Below are positions 33,555-40,855 of a stretch of 64,000 nt of DNA, piece by piece. The notes under the pieces were generated by a model. The model worked only from the letters and a program-made list of their open reading frames with translations, was not told the origin of the DNA and did not search any database. Each line of letters starts with the position of its first letter. Within the stretch, counting starts at the first letter, position 1. This DNA is from Calditrichales bacterium (GTDB taxonomy: Bacteria > Calditrichota > Calditrichia > Calditrichales > J004): assembly GCA_965267575.1 (NCBI GenBank), contig OZ254086.1, positions 2,336,001-2,400,000 of the forward strand, written 5' to 3'. A program made the position numbers and the translations under genes.

Positions 33555-35012
33555 GTGCGCATACATTTTAAATCTGTCTCGATTCTGATTCTTGTTCTGG
33601 CGGCGATCATCGTGCCGCTGATTATTTTCTTGCCCGCTTCGGATTCCGCCAAAGACGATCCCTGGGCTTATCTGCCGCAAAAATTACCATCCACCGATCA
33701 CAGCGCTTTGATGAAAGGCCCGTATGAAGACGGTCCCGCCGTAACGCGTGCCTGCCTGGAATGCCACAAAGACGCCGGACAGCAAATGCTGCAATCGGCC
33801 CATTTTACGTGGGAGAGCCCGCCCGTGGAGATGGCCGGACACAGCGAGCCGGTGGTACTCGGAAAAAAATACGCCGTTAACAACTTTTGTATTGGCATTA
33901 GCAGTAACTGGCCTGCCTGTACCTCTTGCCATGCCGGCTATGGCTGGGAAGACGACAGCTACGATTTTTCTAAAGTGGAGCATGTGGATTGCCTGGTTTG
34001 CCATGACAACAGCGGCGCTTATGTCAAAACCATCTCCGGGCAGCCTTCTCCGGATGTGGATTTGGTGGAGGTGGCGCAAAGCGTTGGCGGTCCTTCACGA
34101 AATAATTGCGGCACCTGCCATTTCCGGGGTGGCGGCGGCAACGCCGTAAAACACGGTGACCTGGACGAGACGTTATACTATCCGCCGGAAAGCGTGGATG
34201 TACACATGGGTAAGCATGACTTTTTATGCACCGATTGTCATCAGACCCAAAACCACGAGATGAAAGGCCGAGCCATCTCGGTAAGCGCCGATGACGCCAA
34301 CCAGGTCTATTGCACCGATTGCCACAGCGAAAATCTGCATAAAGACGAACGCATCAACGCCCATGTGGCCAGCGTGGCCTGCCAGACCTGTCATATACCG
34401 CTGGGCGCTGTTAAAGAAGCCACCAAGATGCATTGGGACTGGTCTGCCGCCGGGCAGGATATTCCCGAGGACCCGCACCATTACCTGAAGAAAAAGGGCA
34501 AGTTCGAATACGAGAAAAAATTTGTGCCGGAGTACTACTGGTACAACGGCCGGGCTGAGCATTACGTGATGGGTGATAAGATTAACACGGAAGGTGTTAC
34601 CGCGATAAACCGTCCGCGGGGTGGCATCAACGATCCCGGCGCCAGGATCTGGCCGTTTAAGGTACACCGCGCCACGCAGATTTATGACGTTCACTACCAA
34701 TACCTGCTGCAGCCCAAAACATACGGTGAAGAAGGCTACTGGACCGATTTCGACTGGGACAAGGCCGTGCGGCTGGGATCGGAGGCTGTAGGCATGGAAT
34801 ACTCCGGTGAGTACGGCTTTACCGAAACAATCATGTTCTGGCCGACGACGCATATGGTGGCGCCAACGGAAAGCGCCCTGCAGTGCGCCGATTGCCACGG
34901 CGAAAACGGCGCCAAACGGATGGACTGGCAGGCGCTGGGTTACGACGGGGATCCGCTGCATTACGGCGGCCGCGCGCAGAACCGGCGCATGACGCTTAAT
35001 GAGGAGAAGTGA
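33555..35012 (+). CDS. otr: octaheme c-type cytochrome, tetrathionate reductase (Otr) family
   Basis: Eight CxxCH (CLECH, CTSCH, CLVCH, CGTCH, CTDCH, CTDCH, CQTCH, CADCH), GKKYAVNNFC, GGGGNAVKHGD; N-terminal membrane anchor; GTG after GGGAGG. Confidence 0.92.
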   Translation: MRIHFKSVSILILVLAAIIVPLIIFLPASDSAKDDPWAYLPQKLPSTDHSALMKGPYEDGPAVTRACLECHKDAGQQMLQSAHFTWESPPVEMAGHSEPVVLGKKYAVNNFCIGISSNWPACTSCHAGYGWEDDSYDFSKVEHVDCLVCHDNSGAYVKTISGQPSPDVDLVEVAQSVGGPSRNNCGTCHFRGGGGNAVKHGDLDETLYYPPESVDVHMGKHDFLCTDCHQTQNHEMKGRAISVSADDANQVYCTDCHSENLHKDERINAHVASVACQTCHIPLGAVKEATKMHWDWSAAGQDIPEDPHHYLKKKGKFEYEKKFVPEYYWYNGRAEHYVMGDKINTEGVTAINRPRGGINDPGARIWPFKVHRATQIYDVHYQYLLQPKTYGEEGYWTDFDWDKAVRLGSEAVGMEYSGEYGFTETIMFWPTTHMVAPTESALQCADCHGENGAKRMDWQALGYDGDPLHYGGRAQNRRMTLNEEK

Positions 35013-35013
35013 C

Positions 35014-37704
35014 ATGAAGTTATGGAAGACATCAAGCATGATTGTTTTGCTGGCCGCGGTCACGATCGCTCAAACACCAAACCGTTCCATTCACCCGGAT
35101 TTCAAGCTTCTGGATGAAGACAGTGTTAGTGTGCTGCAATCGGGCAAAGCGCTTTCTCTGATGAAGACTTGCGGCACTTGCCACGACACCGGGTACATCA
35201 CCGGGCATAGCTTTCACGCTGATGTGGGATTAAGTGAGTGGGGCGCTGTGCAAGACACGGCGAATGCCGCGCGGCCCTGGGATAAAAGTCCGGGCTGGTA
35301 CGGCAAATGGAATCCGCTGGTGTATGAAAGTCTGAGCGCTGCGCAAAACAATCATCCCCAGCTGGGGACGGCCGACTGGATAAAAATGTGGGGCGTACGG
35401 CACGTGGGCGGCGGCCCGGCGGAACGGAGCCGTGACGGCATGACGCTGGACGAGAAATCATACAGCGCGGACGACGCGGAAATGAACAGCGTTGACGCCG
35501 ATGGCCAATGGCAGCGCTGGGACTGGCAAAAATCGGGTACGGTGGAGATGAACTGCCTGCTATGCCACGTCACCTCGCCCAACAATCAAAAACGCATAGA
35601 AGCGCTGAGGGAAGGCAACTTTGAGTGGGCCTCCACAGCGACGCTTTCAGGCAGCGGCATTGTACAGGAAACCGCCTCAGGCTGGAAATGGAACAGCCAG
35701 GCTTTTGAAGAAAACGGCAATGTGAAAAGCGCGCTGCTTACCCCGCAGGATCCCGGCAATGACAACTGCGCCCAATGCCACGGGCTCGTGCACAGCGCAA
35801 AAAATGAGCCGCTGATCGGCGCAAAGTGTGAACCGACCCATTGGAGCACGATCACGACGGGACAGGTTGTGTCGGGGCAGCGCATTAAGGACAGCGGTGT
35901 AAATCTGGCCGGAAAACAGGAGCTTTCGCGCAGCTGGGATATCCACGCCGAGCGGCTGGTGGAATGCGTTGATTGCCACTTTTCACTGAACAATCCTGTG
36001 TACTACCGTGAATCTGATGCCACGCGCCCGGAGCATTTGAAGTTTGATGCCCGACGGCTTGATATTGATGACTACCTTTTGCGCCCGAACCATCAATTCG
36101 CCAAGGGCCAAAGCACACAGGGCAGCCTGGCCAAGCAAAACGACGCCAGCATGCGCCGCTGCGAATCATGCCACGATGCGACGGTGACGCACGACTGGCT
36201 GCCATATAAGGAAAGACACTTTAACGCCATCGCCTGCGAAAGCTGCCACATCCCCAAACTTTATTCTCCGGCAAAGCAGAACGTGGACTGGACGGTGCTG
36301 ACCGCCACCGGGGAGCCGGCGAGTGAATGCCGCGGTGCCGATGGTGATCCCGCCGATGTGCGCACGCTGATTGAGGGTTATGAGCCATTGCTGTTGGCAC
36401 GCAGGGAGCTGGACGGCCGTGTACGCATCACGCCGTATAATCTTGTTTCGGCCTGGTATTGGGTGCATGGCGATCCCGCGCAGCCGCTGCCCAAACGCGA
36501 TCTGGAAACAGTTTACCTCGAAGAAGGAAGCTATCGCGCGGAGATACTCACCCTGCTGGATGACAATGGTAACGGCACGCTGGAAAAAGAAGAACTGCGT
36601 CTTGAAACCGCAGAAGAGGTTGATTATATCGCCGCCATGCTGCGTTCTATCGGTTTGGAGAATCCGCGTATTGCCGGGGAAATAACGCCCTATGGCATCC
36701 ATCATAATGTGACGAGCGGTGACTGGGCCAACCGCGATTGCGCCACATGCCACAGCAAGGATTCGCGCATGGACCAGCCGATGGTGGTAGCCAACCATGT
36801 GCCGCCCGGCGCAGAGGCGACAATCTACTGGGCACAGAATATAGAGCTTACCGGAGGTCTGGAACGCGACGCTGAAGGGCGATTAATTTACCGGCCAAAT
36901 CCCCGCGAGCAGGGCCTGTACGTGCTGGGCAATGATGCCGAGCGCTGGATAAACCGTGCCGGGGCCGGCTTTCTTTTGATAGTTTTGTTCGGAGCGATCA
37001 CCCACGGTGTCTTGCGGATAATTGCTTCCCGGCGCCGCCCACAAAACCTGTCGATCAACGAAACGCAAAAGGTGTATATGTACCGTGCCTATGAGCGTTT
37101 CTGGCACTGGCTGCAGGCGCTGGCCATCATTGGGTTGATTTTTACCGGCCTGGCCGTGCACGCGCCCGACACATATGGTTTTGTGGATTTTAACCTGGCG
37201 GTACAAATTCATAATGTGCTGGGTTTTGTTTTGCTGGCCAATGCCTTTTTGGCCGCGTTTCATCATTTTACAAGCGGCACAATCAAACAGTTTATACCCG
37301 AGCCGCGCGGATTTTTCAGCCAGGCCATCGAGCAGACGCTGTTTTACCTGGGCGGCATTTTCCGCGGCGAGAAACACCCTTTCGAGAAAGAGCCGCGCAA
37401 AAAGCTCAACCCGCTGCAAAAGATCACCTACCTGATCATCCTGAACATCCTGCTGCCGCTGCAGATTGTAAGCGGCGTGCTGATATGGGGCGCGCAACGC
37501 TGGCCGGAGATTTCTTCTGCGCTGGGCGGATTGCCTTTTCTGGTGCCGCTGCATTCGCTGGTGGCCTGGCTGTTTGCGTCCTTTTTGATTTTGCATATCT
37601 ATCTCACTACCACCGGCCACACGGTCTTCTCCAACCTGAAGGCGATGATTGTCGGCTGGGAAAAAATTGAAAAAACTCCCGCAACAGAGGAGAAATCGAA
37701 ATGA
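35014..37704 (+). CDS. heptaheme Otr-like cytochrome c fused to C-terminal PhsC/HyaC-type cytochrome b
   Basis: Signal peptide, seven CxxCH, EF-hand-like DDNGNGTLEKEE, then ERFWHW, IHNVLG, NPLQKITY, LHS...ILHIYL di-heme b membrane domain. Confidence 0.85.
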   Translation: MKLWKTSSMIVLLAAVTIAQTPNRSIHPDFKLLDEDSVSVLQSGKALSLMKTCGTCHDTGYITGHSFHADVGLSEWGAVQDTANAARPWDKSPGWYGKWNPLVYESLSAAQNNHPQLGTADWIKMWGVRHVGGGPAERSRDGMTLDEKSYSADDAEMNSVDADGQWQRWDWQKSGTVEMNCLLCHVTSPNNQKRIEALREGNFEWASTATLSGSGIVQETASGWKWNSQAFEENGNVKSALLTPQDPGNDNCAQCHGLVHSAKNEPLIGAKCEPTHWSTITTGQVVSGQRIKDSGVNLAGKQELSRSWDIHAERLVECVDCHFSLNNPVYYRESDATRPEHLKFDARRLDIDDYLLRPNHQFAKGQSTQGSLAKQNDASMRRCESCHDATVTHDWLPYKERHFNAIACESCHIPKLYSPAKQNVDWTVLTATGEPASECRGADGDPADVRTLIEGYEPLLLARRELDGRVRITPYNLVSAWYWVHGDPAQPLPKRDLETVYLEEGSYRAEILTLLDDNGNGTLEKEELRLETAEEVDYIAAMLRSIGLENPRIAGEITPYGIHHNVTSGDWANRDCATCHSKDSRMDQPMVVANHVPPGAEATIYWAQNIELTGGLERDAEGRLIYRPNPREQGLYVLGNDAERWINRAGAGFLLIVLFGAITHGVLRIIASRRRPQNLSINETQKVYMYRAYERFWHWLQALAIIGLIFTGLAVHAPDTYGFVDFNLAVQIHNVLGFVLLANAFLAAFHHFTSGTIKQFIPEPRGFFSQAIEQTLFYLGGIFRGEKHPFEKEPRKKLNPLQKITYLIILNILLPLQIVSGVLIWGAQRWPEISSALGGLPFLVPLHSLVAWLFASFLILHIYLTTTGHTVFSNLKAMIVGWEKIEKTPATEEKSK

Positions 37705-38228
37705 GTAAAGACATGAAAAAAGCGAAACCGTTTATCAATCCCTATCTGGCCGGCTTTCTGCTGGGCTTGGTGCTGTTTCTGTCGTTTTTTATAACCGGCA
37801 GCGGCCTGGGCGCATCCGGCGGCATGAACCGCGTTCTGGTCTTTTTTGAAGATTTGCTGGTGCCGGCGCATGTGGATCAAACGTCATACCTGCTGCAAAT
37901 GGCCGGCGGTGATAAAAACCCTCTGGCGCACTGGATTGTTTTCCTCACTGCCGGCACGCTCATCGGCGGCTTTTTATCGGGCTGGTTTAACGGCCGCCTT
38001 AAATGGGAAACCATCAAAGGTCCCAATATCTCGGTGAAGTCGCGCTGGATACTGGCTTTTGCCGGCGGCATCCTGATGGGCTATGGCGCGCGTATGGCCC
38101 GCGGTTGCACATCCGGCCAGGCGCTTTCCGGCGGAGCGGTGCTTTCCGTGGGCAGCTGGGCATTTATGTTTGCCGTGTTTATCGGCGCCTACGCGCTGGC
38201 ATATTTCCTGCGCAAAGCATGGAATTGA
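37701..38228 (+). CDS. YeeE/YedE sulfur-compound transporter half
   Basis: NPYLAG, GLGASG, GARMARGCTSG. Confidence 0.88.
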   Translation: MSKDMKKAKPFINPYLAGFLLGLVLFLSFFITGSGLGASGGMNRVLVFFEDLLVPAHVDQTSYLLQMAGGDKNPLAHWIVFLTAGTLIGGFLSGWFNGRLKWETIKGPNISVKSRWILAFAGGILMGYGARMARGCTSGQALSGGAVLSVGSWAFMFAVFIGAYALAYFLRKAWN

Positions 38229-38247
38229 ACGAAACAGGGGAAAGACC

Positions 38248-38329
38248 CTGTAGGCGTATGGGCGATGCAGTATTAGGACAACGAGGCGTTTTGAGCAAAC
38301 AAAATACTGATAATGCATCGCACCTACAG
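38248..38329. repeat. GTAG-type REP/REPIN-like inverted repeat
   Basis: CTGTAGG..GCGATGCAGTATT-spacer-AATACTG..TGCATCGCACCTACAG. Confidence 0.6.
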
Positions 38330-38385
38330 TAAATCCCCCAAAAGACACAAAGAAGATCATGAGTAAGATCATGATCGAGATCAAG

Positions 38386-38498
38386 AAGACTTCAAGACCC
38401 CGAGACTTCAAGACATTGGGGCAAGATTTGATAATGATAACGAGAATGAAAAAGATAAAGAACAATAACACTTTAACACTTTAGCACATTAAAACACT
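38386..38498 (-). repeat. dispersed 8-mer-array repeat, copy 1
   Basis: Reverse complement reads GTGCTAAAGTGTTAAAGTGTT...TCATTCTC...ATTATCAAAT..GCCC..ATGTCTTGAAGTCT, aligning with 40531-40632 and 51172-51265. Confidence 0.75.
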
Positions 38499-39731
38499 AT
38501 GGCACCTTTTCAATTAGAACAAATTCTCGGCACCTGGGGCGCTTATGCCGTTTACCTGCTGGTAGGCGTGGGCTTTGGCGCTGTGCTGGAGATGGCCGGG
38601 TTTGCCAATACGCGCAAACTGGCCGCGCAATTTTACTTTAAAGATCTCACCGTTCTTAAGGTGATGTTTACGGCGATTATTACGGCCATGACGTTGATAT
38701 TCCTGTTTTCGGCGATGGGCATGCTGGATTACACGCAAATCTGGGTAAATCCAACTTACCTTTGGCCGGGGATTGTCGGCGGGCTGATCATGGGCTTCGG
38801 GTTTATCGTCGGTGGTTTTTGCCCGGGCACCTCGCTGGTGGCGCTTTCCACGCTGAAAGTGGACGGCATGTTTTTCACGCTGGGCGCGCTGGTAGGTATT
38901 TTCATTTTTGGTGAAACGGTCGGCCTTTACGACGGCTTCTGGAACAGCTCCTACCTGGGCCGCTTTACGCTGCCGGAATGGCTGGGGCTGGATACGGGAC
39001 TCGTCGTAATCCTGGTTCTGCTGATGGCCTTTTTTATGTTCTGGGGCGGTGAAAAACTGGAACAGATTTTTGGTGATAAAGATAACTCCAAAGCGCCGAA
39101 ACTGCGTTATGCCGGTGCCGGCGCTCTGCTGCTGGCCGGGGTTTTAACGCTCGGCCTGGGGCAGCCCACATCGATGGATAAGTGGGAGCGCGTGGCATCC
39201 GTCAAAGAGCCGCTTTTGACCGAACGCCAGGTGCAGATTCATCCCGGCGAGTTGGCGCAGCTTATGGACGACGACCAGATCAATCTGCTGATGCTGGACC
39301 TGCGCAAAGAGGCTGAATACAACATTTTTCACCTTCAGGATGCCCGGAGGGTGGAGCCGGAGCGGTTGGACAAGATGGTGCCGGAACTGCTGGAGCAACC
39401 GGCCAACACGGTCATCGTTTTAATAGACAACGATGAACAGCCAGCCACCGATGCCTGGAAAACATTGACCGCCGAACGCGTCATCAATTTATACCTGCTG
39501 GAAGGGGGCATAAACAACTGGCTTGATGTATTTGGCCATTATGGTCACGAGCAGTGCCCGCCGGCCGCCCAGGCCGACAGTAGCCAATTGCGGCACCTTT
39601 TCCAAATGGCCGGCGGCTCCGCGGACCCTGCCTCTGAGCCCGATTATGAATTGGTGAAGGATACCGTTACCTTTACTTCCAAAGTAAAATTGCAGGCACG
39701 CAGAGCCGGTAAAAAGGGCGGCTGCGGTTGA
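38499..39731 (+). CDS. YeeE/YedE transporter half fused to rhodanese-like domain, C-terminal GGCG
   Basis: FGAVLEMAGF, GGFCPGT, about 6 TM, then LDLR..EY..FHL.DA and LEGGINNW rhodanese fold; ends KKGGCG*. Confidence 0.87.
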   Translation: MAPFQLEQILGTWGAYAVYLLVGVGFGAVLEMAGFANTRKLAAQFYFKDLTVLKVMFTAIITAMTLIFLFSAMGMLDYTQIWVNPTYLWPGIVGGLIMGFGFIVGGFCPGTSLVALSTLKVDGMFFTLGALVGIFIFGETVGLYDGFWNSSYLGRFTLPEWLGLDTGLVVILVLLMAFFMFWGGEKLEQIFGDKDNSKAPKLRYAGAGALLLAGVLTLGLGQPTSMDKWERVASVKEPLLTERQVQIHPGELAQLMDDDQINLLMLDLRKEAEYNIFHLQDARRVEPERLDKMVPELLEQPANTVIVLIDNDEQPATDAWKTLTAERVINLYLLEGGINNWLDVFGHYGHEQCPPAAQADSSQLRHLFQMAGGSADPASEPDYELVKDTVTFTSKVKLQARRAGKKGGCG

Positions 39732-39755
39732 CAGGCAAAAAGGAAAGGTTCACCC

Positions 39756-40529
39756 ATGCAGGATCGAGCGATTTACAAAAATATGGCCGGAAAAACGGCG
39801 GTGGTCACCGGAGCCACCAGTCCCATGGGCCGCGCCACCTGTCGGGCCTTTGCCGCCAACGCGGTAAAACTGGTTATTAACGCGCGCACGCAAGCAAAGC
39901 TGAACGACCTGGCACAGACGCTGCGCGAAGAGGGCGCCGAGGTGTTGGCTAGTGCGGCAGATTGCGCCACGGATGAGGGCGTAACATTGCTGCGCAAGCA
40001 AACGCAACGCGCTTTCGGTACAGCGGATTACCTGCTGGCTTTTGCCGGTGGCGGGCAGGTTTCGAAGGCTGCCTTAGAGGAGATCAGCGAAGAGGAGTGG
40101 CAGGCCAACCTGGACGGGCATTTGACCGCTACCTGGCGCACGCTAAAGGCCTTTTTGCCGGACATGCGCGCACAAAAAAGCGGGGTGATCGTCACAATGG
40201 CTTCGGCCGGGGCACGGGTGTTTACCGGCGCGCCAACGGCTTACGTGGCATCCAAGGCGGGTATAATGAGCTTAACACGCCAACTGGCCCGGGAAGCCGG
40301 CGCCGCTGGTATTCGCGTTAATTGCCTGGCCCCGGCTTCCATTATGACGGACGAAATGGAAAACGGCTTACCGAAGGAACGCGCGGCGCAGCTGCGCGAG
40401 CTATTCCCCCTGGGACGCATTGGTCGCCCGGAAGATGTGGCCGGTGCGGCATTGTTTCTCTGCTCGGACAGCGCCTCGTGGATAAGCGGCGTTACGCTGG
40501 ATATTGCCGGCGGGATGGTCATGCTTTAA
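39756..40529 (+). CDS. short-chain dehydrogenase/reductase
   Basis: VVTGATSPMG, YVASK, IRVNCLAP, PLGRIGRPED. Confidence 0.92.
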   Translation: MQDRAIYKNMAGKTAVVTGATSPMGRATCRAFAANAVKLVINARTQAKLNDLAQTLREEGAEVLASAADCATDEGVTLLRKQTQRAFGTADYLLAFAGGGQVSKAALEEISEEEWQANLDGHLTATWRTLKAFLPDMRAQKSGVIVTMASAGARVFTGAPTAYVASKAGIMSLTRQLAREAGAAGIRVNCLAPASIMTDEMENGLPKERAAQLRELFPLGRIGRPEDVAGAALFLCSDSASWISGVTLDIAGGMVML

Positions 40530-40530
40530 G

Positions 40531-40730
40531 AAGTGCTGGCGTGCTGAAGTGTTAAAGTGTTAATGTCGCAGTATCATTTTCTTTCTCATTATCAAGTCCG
40601 GAAGTCTCGTGGTCGCGAGTCTTGAAGTCTTCCCACTCTGTTATTCTTACAAGGTGTTAAGTGAATGCGGCCTGCGTGGCGTGCTCGCGTCTGGGGATCC
40701 CGGTGCGGCTGGGCGCCGACCGGGATGACA
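40531..40730 (+). repeat. dispersed 8-mer-array repeat, copy 2, with terminal GGATCCCGG...CCGGGATGAC hairpin
   Basis: GTGCTGAAGTGTTAAAGTGTT, TTCTCATTATCAA, GTCTTGAAGTCT; the 36-nt hairpin at 40695-40730 matches 51327-51362. Confidence 0.72.
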
Positions 40731-40855
40731 GTCTACGAGGTTTTCATTTCAGGCTATTTGTCCGTTTCTGTTAAAAATTGCGTGGTACGGAATTAGCCTT
40801 TCTCATATCTTGTTTGCGCAAGTCAAAACCAGTTTAAGAAAACCGGAAAATTTTT

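Noticed and set aside
38229..38498. Possible CRISPR array in the repeat-rich intergenic gaps
   Set aside because: Units are 7-10 nt and degenerate, with no constant 25-40 nt repeat separated by unique spacers; no cas genes in the window
39720..39760. Selenocysteine read-through of the TGA after KKGGCG
   Set aside because: No SECIS-like hairpin follows; the downstream sequence is A-rich and leads into the next gene's start, and the Cys is already encoded by TGC
39756..40529. SDR as a fifth functional member of the otr operon
   Set aside because: Only 24 nt downstream, so possibly co-transcribed, but it is a generic cytoplasmic SDR with nothing linking it to sulfur chemistry
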